Shown piece by piece: positions 31,342-40,806 of a stretch of 64,000 nt of DNA (position 1 is the first letter of the stretch; the number at the start of each line of letters is the position of its first letter). The stretch is from assembly GCA_039802865.1 (NCBI GenBank), contig JBDRXL010000004.1, positions 3,768 through 67,767 on the forward strand. Direction: 5' to 3'. Under the pieces are notes generated by a model that worked only from the letters and a program-made list of their open reading frames with translations, searched no databases and was not told where the DNA came from. The stretch is from a candidate division WOR-3 bacterium (lineage in GTDB: Bacteria; Hydrothermota; Hydrothermia; LBFQ01; DSFT01). Position numbers and translations under genes: made by a program.

Positions 31342-32443
31342 AATTTAAATCCAAAAATATAGCTTCATCATAGCGAATTCCAAATCTTAAAATTCTATTA
31401 TTAAATTTAACATCCTTAAATGCCTTAAGTAAAGGATAATAACTAATGGGCTCAATTAAAGGCAGATGAAATATATAATTCTCTTCCTTACTATACACAC
31501 TTAAACTGCCTTTTATTTTAATACCAATTGAAAGAAAGTTATTATTATTGTAATATGAGAAAATTAATTTCATTTCATCTGAATTAAGAAGTGAAGGAAT
31601 TTGATTATAAATTAGCCATTTTGAAACATAGCGCTTATTATTAAATGTATAAGGCATAGCATAAAGAAATTCAATTTTAAAGGGATGTTTTTTAAAATAT
31701 GACCAAAATGCTAATTTTGGAGGTGTTTTATTTATGGTTTCTTTACTATATTGAAAGTCATCAATTGAAATTTCAAATAGAAAATGTTGATTTTTATAAG
31801 TAAATGATAAAATTGTGTTAGTTTCATAACCTTCATTCCATTGTAAATTATAACTTGAAATAAAAGGATTAAAAAGACTAAATGGAATGTTTAGCTCATA
31901 TGGTAAAGGTAAAATTCCATAATCTGTAATATAAAAATCTCCAAATCTTGTATATATTTCAACTCTTCTTATTGTTAAATATCTATTTATTAAATAACCT
32001 GGTGGATAAATTTTTTGATTAAGACTAACACTTTCGGGAGTTATTATTGAATTTATTTGATTTAAATAAAAACTATACGAAAAACTTTCATTTTTATAAT
32101 TTATACTAATGCCATCAAGAGCAAAGTTATCCCAAAGAATAGCTTTTGATATTTTTAAAGCTCTTCTTCCTAATGTAATATAGAAATTATTAAAATTCAT
32201 AATTAAAAATGCATTTTCATAACCCCCATATAATCCATTAAATTCCCTTTTATTATAACTTCCCTTTTCATAAAATCCACCCACTTGTATCAAAAAATTC
32301 TTTTTATTTATATTTAACCCCAAAAATCTATGACTTTCAAATTCTAAAAATATCCCCTCTGGATAATCTAAAACAAACCTATTACCAAAACTATCAACTT
32401 CACTTAAAATCCAAAAGGAAATTAAAAAATTAAACATAAACAT
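31331..32443 (-). CDS. Hypothetical outer-membrane beta-barrel-like protein
   Basis: Hydrophobic N-terminus MFMFNFLISFWILS and aromatic-rich amphipathic strands throughout. No assignable family. Convergent 11-nt overlap with the M1 gene. Confidence 0.3.
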   Translation of the reverse strand: MFMFNFLISFWILSEVDSFGNRFVLDYPEGIFLEFESHRFLGLNINKKNFLIQVGGFYEKGSYNKREFNGLYGGYENAFLIMNFNNFYITLGRRALKISKAILWDNFALDGISINYKNESFSYSFYLNQINSIITPESVSLNQKIYPPGYLINRYLTIRRVEIYTRFGDFYITDYGILPLPYELNIPFSLFNPFISSYNLQWNEGYETNTILSFTYKNQHFLFEISIDDFQYSKETINKTPPKLAFWSYFKKHPFKIEFLYAMPYTFNNKRYVSKWLIYNQIPSLLNSDEMKLIFSYYNNNNFLSIGIKIKGSLSVYSKEENYIFHLPLIEPISYYPLLKAFKDVKFNNRILRFGIRYDEAIFLDLNFII

Positions 32444-32461
32444 ACTTTAAAATTTTAAACT
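32444..32461. promoter_or_regulatory. 18-bp divergent intergenic region consisting only of the palindrome ACTTTAAAATTTTAAACT
   Basis: ATG of the minus gene at 32443 and TTG of the plus gene at 32462. Reads as xTTTAAAATTTTAAAxT on both strands. Confidence 0.5.
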
Positions 32462-32728
32462 TTGAGAAAATTACTTTTAATTTTTACAATTATATTTAAT
32501 ATTAATGCAATTGTTCTTTCAAGTTTTCACAATCATTTTCATTATTCAAAATTTGAAAATTGTTTAGTTTTAAATTATCAAAATAACTCACCTAATTTTA
32601 ACAGCTTTGAAATCAAGATTGAAAAGCCATTAAAAATTTTTGAAATTTTATTATCTTTTAAAAATGAAGAATTTAAATTAACTTATATAACAGAACTCAA
32701 AATCCGCTCACCACCAATCATATCATAA
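32462..32728 (+). CDS. Hypothetical small secreted protein (TTG start)
   Basis: Signal-peptide-like N-terminus (M)RKLLLIFTIIFNINAIVLS. 88 aa. Confidence 0.3.
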   Translation: MRKLLLIFTIIFNINAIVLSSFHNHFHYSKFENCLVLNYQNNSPNFNSFEIKIEKPLKIFEILLSFKNEEFKLTYITELKIRSPPIIS

Positions 32729-32809
32729 AATCAAAAATAACTCTTTAAATTTAAAAAATTAAATTAAAAAGTTATTAAAAATTTAAAAAACAAAAAAGGA
32801 GGTTTAAAA

Positions 32810-34627
32810 ATGATAACTTTAATTATAAGCTTTGAAAGTTTAAAAATATGTGTGTTTGATAAAAAAACAAATGAACCGCTTGAAGCGGTGCAGATTTATA
32901 CATCTTTAACCTTTACATTTACTGACCATAATGGTTGTGCTAATGTAAAAATGAAAGATAATGATAGCTTAATAGTTTATAGGATTGGATATAAAACTTT
33001 AACACTTAAAAGAGAAGAAATTTCAGATAAAATTTATCTTGAAAGTTCTGGAATTACATTAAAAACTGTAAATGTGATATCAAAAGCAATTAAAGTAAAA
33101 GAAATAAAAAATATCAAAGAAGAAGTTGAAAATATAAATTTTGGAAATGTTATAAATAAGCCTATTATTTCTGGATTTAATAGAGATAAATATAATATTA
33201 TTGTTGATGGTGCATTTTTAAATGACCAAAGCGATTATTTAGACCATCCTATTGTAATTGATCCTGATTTAGTAAATAATATCTTTATTGGAAATTCCCA
33301 AAATAATGCTTTATTTGGTTTAAATTCAATAGCAGGTGGAATTGATTTAAAATTATTTGATATTGAAGAGAAAAATAAATTTTCTTTGTTTAGTGAATAT
33401 TTATCACAAAATAATAGAATATCTGCCGGAATAAAAAATAATAGAAATTTTGGAGATTTTTCATATAAATTTGGTATAAAGGGTTCAATTAGTCAAAATT
33501 TTGTAAATCCAGAAATAGAAAATACTTCTGATAGCTCATTTTATTCTATTTTATCAATCAAATATAAAGAATTTCAAATAGGTAATTACTTTAGCTTTAT
33601 AAATTATGGTGTTATTAATTCTGATGGAGGGGCAAGAAATTTATTTCTAAATCCAAGATTAAGTTATAAGAGCTTTATATTTGACTTTCAATACTCAGAT
33701 CAAATGGAATTGGGACATATTCATGGATTGTCCATAAAACATAGTAATGAGGGAACAAGGCTAAAATTATATACTGCACAAGGTATATACAACTCAGATA
33801 AATTCTATATTAATTTAATGTTAAATCGCTTTGAGGGAAGTGGGGAAGAAACTTCAAATTACAATAGATTTTTATTTACAATGTTATATTCAAACAAACT
33901 TAAAGACATTTTAAACTACTCTTTCTCTATAATTCCTAACTATTCAGATTTTGATAATAAATTAAAAGTTGGCTTTTCATTTTTAATTAATAAACCTATA
34001 AAAGATTTTAGTTTTACACTTTCACAATCAATTCAATATCCCTCACTTCAACAACTCTCATTTACAGGTATTCATGAAACTGCCAATAGATATGAAATTG
34101 CTAATGAAAACCTAAAAGAAGAATATTCATTTAATTTTTCTATAGATTATAAGCATTCTTTAAACTTCATATCTCTTTCAATCTCACCTTCAATAAACTA
34201 TATCAAAAACTTCATCCTTCTAACCCCATTAGATACTATCATACAAGGTTATAAAGCTTATACTTTTGAAAACAGAGATGTTTATATTCTAAATCTCAAT
34301 TCAGATATCTTTCTTATCTTTAAGAAAAACTTATTTATCAATTTAAATATCCTATATTCACAACCATCCATAAACATCCCCTTCTATTCAAAACCCCAAA
34401 TAAAAACAAAACTAACTTATAAGTTTTTAGAGTTATACCATAGGGTCATATTCGCAGATTCTATATATTCAATTTTCTCAACAGGTTTAAATTACTCTAT
34501 AAAGTTTATTAAGTCCAATCTCTTAATAGATAACATATTTAATGAGTATTACATTGAACCGACTAATCCCTTTGGAACACCAAATCCTTATAGAAATATA
34601 TCATTGAAGTTAAATTTTGATTTTTAA
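32810..34627 (+). CDS. TonB-dependent receptor-like outer-membrane protein (carboxypeptidase-regulatory-like N-domain plus plug plus barrel)
   Basis: N-terminal CarbopepD_reg-like strand pattern, plug-like GGIDLKLFD, and C-terminus ending ...LKLNFDF. Classical SD AAGGAGGT 7 nt upstream of the ATG. Confidence 0.45.
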   Translation: MITLIISFESLKICVFDKKTNEPLEAVQIYTSLTFTFTDHNGCANVKMKDNDSLIVYRIGYKTLTLKREEISDKIYLESSGITLKTVNVISKAIKVKEIKNIKEEVENINFGNVINKPIISGFNRDKYNIIVDGAFLNDQSDYLDHPIVIDPDLVNNIFIGNSQNNALFGLNSIAGGIDLKLFDIEEKNKFSLFSEYLSQNNRISAGIKNNRNFGDFSYKFGIKGSISQNFVNPEIENTSDSSFYSILSIKYKEFQIGNYFSFINYGVINSDGGARNLFLNPRLSYKSFIFDFQYSDQMELGHIHGLSIKHSNEGTRLKLYTAQGIYNSDKFYINLMLNRFEGSGEETSNYNRFLFTMLYSNKLKDILNYSFSIIPNYSDFDNKLKVGFSFLINKPIKDFSFTLSQSIQYPSLQQLSFTGIHETANRYEIANENLKEEYSFNFSIDYKHSLNFISLSISPSINYIKNFILLTPLDTIIQGYKAYTFENRDVYILNLNSDIFLIFKKNLFINLNILYSQPSINIPFYSKPQIKTKLTYKFLELYHRVIFADSIYSIFSTGLNYSIKFIKSNLLIDNIFNEYYIEPTNPFGTPNPYRNISLKLNFDF

Positions 34628-35154
34628 AACCTATTTAAGTCATTTGCTATTTCTTTTGGTTTTAAACCTAATGGGAAGTATCCTATAATTTTGTTATCTT
34701 TTATAAAAATTATAAATGAACTGTGAGATATATAGCCATTTTCATTAAATTGATAAGCTATTGAGAAAAATTTTGTAATTTTATAGAGTTCGTTTTCATC
34801 CTTTGGAACAAGTCCGATAAAATGTTTATTAAAATTTTTTAGATATTGTTTTAAAATCTCGGGTTTATCCCTATGAATATCAACACTTATAAACAATACT
34901 TTAACATCTTTTTTTATATATTTTAAGGCTTCTGATATATCTTTTAGTGCACTATAGCAAACATCGGGACATAAAGTATATCCAAAATAAATAAGGTTGT
35001 ATTTTTCCAATAAACTTTTAAACTCAACTAGATTTCCATTATGATCAATAAGTATAAAGTCTTGGTTAATTTCAATAGGTTTTTCTAACAACATACCATT
35101 ATATTTATATGAGCAGGACCCCGAAAGGAGCCCAAAAATAAAAAATAATCTCAT
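34624..35154 (-). CDS. SCO1/SenC family copper chaperone (thioredoxin fold), lipoprotein
   Basis: CPDVC motif ([12 protein letters not shown]) and lipoprotein signal [14 protein letters not shown]. Confidence 0.75.
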   Translation of the reverse strand: MRLFFIFGLLSGSCSYKYNGMLLEKPIEINQDFILIDHNGNLVEFKSLLEKYNLIYFGYTLCPDVCYSALKDISEALKYIKKDVKVLFISVDIHRDKPEILKQYLKNFNKHFIGLVPKDENELYKITKFFSIAYQFNENGYISHSSFIIFIKDNKIIGYFPLGLKPKEIANDLNRF

Positions 35155-35586
35155 TCTATTACCGAGAATGTTCCAGGAAGATGAATATTTTTAGGATGTA
35201 AATTGCACCAGATAGTATATGAGCCAACTTTATTAGCAATAAATGAAAATGATTTTGTTTCCTTAGATTTTAGTGTCCAATTTACTTCTTCATAACCATC
35301 AATAGAGAAGTTTTCGCTTATAGGAGATTCATTTATAATATTTATATTAACCTTTGTTCCCTTTCTTACAATAAGATTAGAAGGCTCATTTATCACATTA
35401 AACTGCCTTACATTCTTTATTTGAACTCCTTCAATAGTAGCCTCAGGGATAGTAATATCATATGCTCTTATGTGTATAGTGAAATTTGCTTCCTTAGCTT
35501 TGTTAGTCAAACCTGTAATGGCAACATAGCCCAAACTTATCACTATCGCTCCAATGATGATTGTTAGGTTTAGCTTTTTCATCATC
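35151..35586 (-). CDS. Cupredoxin-like (putative copper-binding) membrane-anchored protein
   Basis: C-terminal [15 protein letters not shown] (Cys-x2-His type-1-copper-like ligands) and beta-sandwich pattern. Start reassigned to ATGATG at 35586 preceded by the strong SD CAGAAGGAGGTAAG. Confidence 0.45.
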
Positions 35587-35616
35587 TTACCTCCTTCTGT
35601 TAGCATAGCTAACTTG

Positions 35617-35632
35617 AAAATTTTAAAGCATA
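35617..35632 (-). promoter_or_regulatory. GCTTTAAAATTTTCAAG element 27 nt upstream of an SD-bearing leader
   Basis: Minus-strand reading is GGGTATGCTTTAAAATTTTCAAGTTAGCTATGCTAACAGAAGGAGGTAAGATGATG. The leader contains the small palindrome TTAGCTATGCTAA and a canonical SD, unlike most genes here. Confidence 0.45.
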
Positions 35633-35663
35633 CCCTGATAAAATTGTGGATATTTGATATAAA

Positions 35664-36818
35664 TTATTGATTTATATACTTTTCAAAAAGTTCAATATGC
35701 TTATTTCTTAAATCAATTTCTTGACCATCTATAAATGCCCTTATAATTTTTGAATTAAAATCAAATATATCTCCATCTGCTATAAAGAAAGTAGCACTTT
35801 TATTTTTTTCAATAGAACCATATTCCTCATCAATCCCTAAAATTTTAGCACAATTTATAGTTATTGAATTTAAAGCGGTTATTTTATCAAGACCAAATGC
35901 AATACTACTTGATACATGATAAGGTAAATTGCGCTCATCAAATATACCAAATGCTGAGCCACTTGTAGAAATACAAAAATTTATACCATTATCATTTAAA
36001 AATTTTGGAAGGGTAAAAATATCATCATATGGATTATCTTCTTTTGGTAATTTATGGATTCCATCTAAAATAACATCAATTTTATAATTCTTTAAGTATT
36101 CAATAGCTTCTCTTATCCCATAAGTTCCAACAATTACAATTTTTATATCAAAAGCTCTTGAAAATTCAATAGCACTAATTATTTCATCTTTATTATTAAT
36201 ATGAATAAAAACTGGCAATTTTTTATTTAAAACATCCAAAATAGCATCATAATTTAAATCTCTTTGATAATTACCTTGTAGTAAATATGCTTTTGCACTT
36301 CTAAAAAATTCATAAATTTTTGAAATTTTTTTATTATCCCAATATATATGAATTCCTGTCCTTTCCTTTATTACCATTTCCCTTTGAGTTCTTCCATTTA
36401 ATTTAATAACACTTGAAAAACCAGATATTAAATAACCTCTTGGAACACTATTTACAATTAAAATTCCATTACTCCTTATAACTCTAATATGCTCACTACT
36501 TGGATTTATAGCATTATAACTTTTTAATAAAGCATTAAATTCCCCAATTTCTGATAAATCATTTGTAGCTCTAACTGCCGCAATTTCTACAAGTCCAACA
36601 GCACTAATTGAATTTATAAATCCTGGATATAAATTTTTAAATTCTCCATCAATTATTTTGAAATTATCCAAAACTTTTATATTTTTCCCTATATCCTTAA
36701 TAATTCCATTTTCTACTAATACATCTACACTATCTATTCTACCTTTTGGTGTATAGACATTTACATTTTTAATTAAAAAACTTTGAGTAATTATTGTTAA
36801 AATTATAATATTTTCCAT
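35664..36818 (-). CDS. Amidohydrolase-like protein (paralogous to a domain of 635..3106)
   Basis: Shares the ...KNLYPGFINSISAVGLVEI segment with ...KYVYPGFIEILREISND of the 823-aa protein. Metal ligands not clearly conserved. Confidence 0.4.
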   Translation of the reverse strand: MENIIILTIITQSFLIKNVNVYTPKGRIDSVDVLVENGIIKDIGKNIKVLDNFKIIDGEFKNLYPGFINSISAVGLVEIAAVRATNDLSEIGEFNALLKSYNAINPSSEHIRVIRSNGILIVNSVPRGYLISGFSSVIKLNGRTQREMVIKERTGIHIYWDNKKISKIYEFFRSAKAYLLQGNYQRDLNYDAILDVLNKKLPVFIHINNKDEIISAIEFSRAFDIKIVIVGTYGIREAIEYLKNYKIDVILDGIHKLPKEDNPYDDIFTLPKFLNDNGINFCISTSGSAFGIFDERNLPYHVSSSIAFGLDKITALNSITINCAKILGIDEEYGSIEKNKSATFFIADGDIFDFNSKIIRAFIDGQEIDLRNKHIELFEKYINQ

Positions 36819-38140
36819 TTTGTTCCTTCTTTTGTATCCTCTAATATAATTCCAATGTTTTTAAGCTTTTCTCTAATTTTATCAGAAAGCTCATAAATTC
36901 CTCTTTTTCTCAAATCCTGCCTAATTTCAATTATAATATCCATCAATTCATCTATTTTATTAACTCTTCTTTCAAATTCTAAATTAAATCCCAAAACATT
37001 TAATAAAAATCTAATAGTAAATGCAATATCTATTGCTTTTTGAGTATTTTTATATGCTTCATTTATAGATTCAAATATAATTGAAAGCGCTTTTGGTGTA
37101 TTTAAATTATCATCCATTGCTTCTTCAAAATTCTTTATTATATCAAAAACTAAATTTCCTTCCCTATTAAATTCTAAAAGAAAATTTTTTATCCTTTGCC
37201 AACTATTTTTAGCATCTTCAAGTAATTTTTCTGAAAACTCCAAAGGTGATCTATAATGCGCTCTTAGAAAGAATAATCTTATAACATTTGGTTCATAAAT
37301 TTCTAAAACATCTTTTGCAGAGAAGAATAAACCCGTTGATTTTGACATTTTTTCACCACCAAGTGTTAAAAAGCCTGTATGAATCCAAAAATTAGAAAAT
37401 GTTTGACCAGTAAACGCTTCACTTTGAGCTATCTCATTTTCATGATGTGGAAAAATTAAATCCTCCGCTCCTCCATGTATATCAATTGTTTTCCCAAGAT
37501 GAGTTATACTCATAGCAGAGCATTCAATATGCCAACCAGGTCTTCCTCTTCCAAATGGACTATACCAATAGGGCTCATTTTCCTTATAAGATTTCCAAAG
37601 AGCAAAATCATAAGGTTTTCTTTTTGATGGATCCGGTTCTATTCTATAACCACTTATTAAATCTTCTAAACTTTTCTTAGAAAGTTTTCCATAATTTTCA
37701 AATTTTTCAACATCAAACCACACATTATTATTTGAGATATATGCAAATCCCTTATTTATTAAATTTTCAATAATTTCAATAATTTCTTGAATATGTAGTG
37801 TTGCTTTTGGAAAAAATTCAACATTTTTAAAGTTCATCATTTTTGCATAATTAATATATTCCATCTCATATTTTTGAGCCAGTTTTCTCCAATCAACTTG
37901 TAGTTCTTTTGATTTATTTATAATTTTATCATCAATATCTGTAAAATTCTGAACATAAATAACTTCATAACCTTTATATTCAAGATATCTTCTTAAAATA
38001 TCAAAACTTGTAAAAGTTCTTAAATGGCCCATATGTGGAACATCTTGAACAGTCATTCCACATACATACATTTTAACTTTATTATCTTCGAGGGGTTTGA
38101 ACTCCTTTAACTGATTAGTTAAAGTATCGTATAACTTCAT
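36803..38140 (-). CDS. cysS: Cysteine--tRNA ligase
   Basis: HIGH motif CGMTVQDVPHMGHLRT, KMSKS motif (GEKMSKSTGL) and a zinc-binding Cys. Confidence 0.95.
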   Translation of the reverse strand: MKLYDTLTNQLKEFKPLEDNKVKMYVCGMTVQDVPHMGHLRTFTSFDILRRYLEYKGYEVIYVQNFTDIDDKIINKSKELQVDWRKLAQKYEMEYINYAKMMNFKNVEFFPKATLHIQEIIEIIENLINKGFAYISNNNVWFDVEKFENYGKLSKKSLEDLISGYRIEPDPSKRKPYDFALWKSYKENEPYWYSPFGRGRPGWHIECSAMSITHLGKTIDIHGGAEDLIFPHHENEIAQSEAFTGQTFSNFWIHTGFLTLGGEKMSKSTGLFFSAKDVLEIYEPNVIRLFFLRAHYRSPLEFSEKLLEDAKNSWQRIKNFLLEFNREGNLVFDIIKNFEEAMDDNLNTPKALSIIFESINEAYKNTQKAIDIAFTIRFLLNVLGFNLEFERRVNKIDELMDIIIEIRQDLRKRGIYELSDKIREKLKNIGIILEDTKEGTKWKIL

Positions 38141-38149
38141 AGTTTTTTA

Positions 38150-38166
38150 AGGGGCAAATAGCCCCT
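38150..38166 (-). terminator. Hairpin AGGGGCAAATAGCCCCT overlapping the stop codon of the S8 peptidase gene, 9 nt upstream of the cysS ATG
   Basis: 6-bp GC-rich stem with a 5-nt loop. Weak U-tract on the minus strand. Confidence 0.35.
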
Positions 38167-40784
38167 CAGTTATTTATAAGTTTATAAACTTTATCATTAA
38201 CTTTTAAGATATATATACCCTTTGACTTTACAGGTACTTTATAAATGCCATATTTTGCATCTTTAATAGTTGTTTGGTGTATCTTAGAACCATCTATGGA
38301 ATAAACACTGATACTTATATTTTGAGCATCTTTTAGATGATATTTTATTATAATTTTTGAATTTTTTAAGTTTGGATATATTCCAAATGGAATTATACCA
38401 ATTTCATCCGCAGAAACATTCACAAAGCAATTTAAAATAGCAGACATTAGCTCTTCTCTTTTATTCCATCCTGATTGAGTATTACTAATTGCTTCAAAAG
38501 GACCAGCCAAAAACACAGTCTTACACATTCCATTTTCTATTCTATATACCATTGCTCCTCCATAATCTCCACTTCCTAAAACATTAGTCCATTTAAATGC
38601 TCTTCTTGCTCCTGCTTGTGGAGATATATTATCATTAGAATTAGCATTTTGAGCTCCATCAGGATTAAACAATCTAAACTTTAAATTATTTCCAAGAGGG
38701 TCATTTGTTTCTGCTACCATCGTTTTATAAGAAATGCCTGTTTGAACAACACTTGCTCCAAGATAATTTGTAATAAATTGACTTCCATTTTGATCTTCTG
38801 CCAAATACTGACTTGATATAAATAATTTTTTACCACTATTTAACCAATTTATGAGAGTATCTCTTTCTTCATTTGTCAAAACATTACTACTTCTATTTCC
38901 TGTATGCCATATTATAATACTTCTTGCACTTGAATAAAAAGCATCTTTATCACTAAACTTTACTATATCATAAACTTTTCCTAAGCTATCAAGAGCTTGC
39001 ATATAATAATTTTCAAAACTTGTTAATGTATCAGCATCTACTAAAAGAATTTCAGGAAAACCTATGGTAAGTCTTAAATTTAATATAGTATCAGCATTTT
39101 GTGGGGATGAAATAACTTTTACTTTAAAATTCCAAAATCTTGGTTGATTCCCACTTATACTAACTTCAAAAAAGTCCGCAGGTTCAATAACTTGCCCCAT
39201 CGTTATATTCCCAGCATTAATATTGCCATCTATAACAGTTATATTAGGGTCATCATTTATAAGTTGAAGTTGAACATTATTAGCATTTCTATAACATCTT
39301 GGATTAGTTAAAGTTAGATAAAGTTTTACTTGTTCTCCAACTTCTGCTCTTTTATTATTATTGTAATTTGAATCATCTACTCTAATTTTTAAAACATTTA
39401 CACCTGCAAACTTTGCCATTCTCACTGCTTTATAAGCATTTACCCTACCAGAGCCAATTAAACCAGCATAATTTGGATTCAAAGCATCTATATTATCAGC
39501 AGAACATAATAAAACTGTATCTACTTCATCAACACTTAAATTAGGATTAGCTGCTTTTATAAGAGCAGCAACACCAGCAGCGGAAGGACTTGACATTGAA
39601 GTTCCAGAGTAAGCAGCATAAGTATAAGAATTATTAGAAGAATTCCAGGCAGTTGAAAGGACATTAACACCAGGTGCTGATACATCTACCCATGTTCCAT
39701 AATTTGAAAAATTTGCTTTAATATCATTTTGATCCGTTGCAGCCACACATACTACTACATCATTATAGCCACACGGATATCTAATAGCATTTGCTCCATC
39801 ATTTCCTGCACTTGCATAATTATTAGCTCCCAAAGACCTAGCATAAGATAATGCATTATACTGAGAACTATTAAAACTTGAACCTCCATAGGAATGATTT
39901 ATGATTTTAGCTCCGTTATTAGCAGCATAATATGTCCCGTTGATAGAATAGTATATATATCCACAATTTCCGGTTCTTATAGCCATTGCTTTTGCACCCC
40001 AAGCCTCACCTGCTACTCCAACATTATTATTTGTCCAGGCAGCCATTATTCCCGTTGTATGCGTTCCATGGTCATCAAAATTAGGATCACAAGGCTCGGG
40101 TCTTGGATTGTTATCATTACTATAAAAATCCCAACCTATTAAATCATCTTTAAAGCCATTTCCATCATTATCAACATTATCTAAATCTCCTGGATCAAAC
40201 TGCCAAGTAGAACCATTAAAAAATATAGTATAACCATTTCCATTTGCATCTTCCCCAAGATTATTCCAAATAATTCCTCCCAAATCTGGATGGTCCCAAA
40301 CAACCGCATTATCAACAGCGGCAACAACAATACCATTAGCATTAGTAATATCCCAGGCATTAAAAGCTTGTATCTTTGGAAGATGCCATTGATTTGGAAC
40401 TAAGGGGTCATTTGGTGTTAAATCAACTTTATATATATACCATGGCTCTACATATTCAAACATTCCAGTAGATTGTAAATTTCTAATAACTCTTTCAACA
40501 TCTATCTCGTTATTAAAGTAAATTACAATAATCCTATGAAGGCCTAATTCCATAGCTTCCGGTGTAATTTTACCAAGTATAAGACCCTCAACAGATCTTA
40601 TATTTAAATTTTGAAGTATAGAATTTATACTATGAGGAAGTCTATAAAATCTTGTAAAAGCCCCATTTACATAATCTACGCTCTTTATTTCAAAGAGTGG
40701 AAAATACTCAGCTCTTACCTTTGCTATAACTCTATCTTTTAAGTAAAGTGCTTGTTCATTTAAACTAAAAACAAAGAAAAGCAT
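38166..40784 (-). CDS. S8-family subtilisin-like serine peptidase with T9SS C-terminal sorting domain
   Basis: Catalytic triad contexts AAVDNAV (Asp), DDHGTHTTGIMAA (His) and GTSMSSPSAAGVAAL (Ser). C-terminus ...KGIYILKVNDKVYKLINN. Promoter element AAGCTTTAAAATTTCATT-ATG upstream. Confidence 0.85.
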   Translation of the reverse strand: MLFFVFSLNEQALYLKDRVIAKVRAEYFPLFEIKSVDYVNGAFTRFYRLPHSINSILQNLNIRSVEGLILGKITPEAMELGLHRIIVIYFNNEIDVERVIRNLQSTGMFEYVEPWYIYKVDLTPNDPLVPNQWHLPKIQAFNAWDITNANGIVVAAVDNAVVWDHPDLGGIIWNNLGEDANGNGYTIFFNGSTWQFDPGDLDNVDNDGNGFKDDLIGWDFYSNDNNPRPEPCDPNFDDHGTHTTGIMAAWTNNNVGVAGEAWGAKAMAIRTGNCGYIYYSINGTYYAANNGAKIINHSYGGSSFNSSQYNALSYARSLGANNYASAGNDGANAIRYPCGYNDVVVCVAATDQNDIKANFSNYGTWVDVSAPGVNVLSTAWNSSNNSYTYAAYSGTSMSSPSAAGVAALIKAANPNLSVDEVDTVLLCSADNIDALNPNYAGLIGSGRVNAYKAVRMAKFAGVNVLKIRVDDSNYNNNKRAEVGEQVKLYLTLTNPRCYRNANNVQLQLINDDPNITVIDGNINAGNITMGQVIEPADFFEVSISGNQPRFWNFKVKVISSPQNADTILNLRLTIGFPEILLVDADTLTSFENYYMQALDSLGKVYDIVKFSDKDAFYSSARSIIIWHTGNRSSNVLTNEERDTLINWLNSGKKLFISSQYLAEDQNGSQFITNYLGASVVQTGISYKTMVAETNDPLGNNLKFRLFNPDGAQNANSNDNISPQAGARRAFKWTNVLGSGDYGGAMVYRIENGMCKTVFLAGPFEAISNTQSGWNKREELMSAILNCFVNVSADEIGIIPFGIYPNLKNSKIIIKYHLKDAQNISISVYSIDGSKIHQTTIKDAKYGIYKVPVKSKGIYILKVNDKVYKLINN

Positions 40785-40806
40785 AATGAAATTTTAAAGC
40801 TTATTA

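Noticed and set aside
31331-32443. Calling this protein PorP/SprF or PorV
   Set aside because: Only a generic aromatic-rich beta-strand pattern is visible, and no family-specific motif could be recognised by eye. It is left as a hypothetical OM protein.
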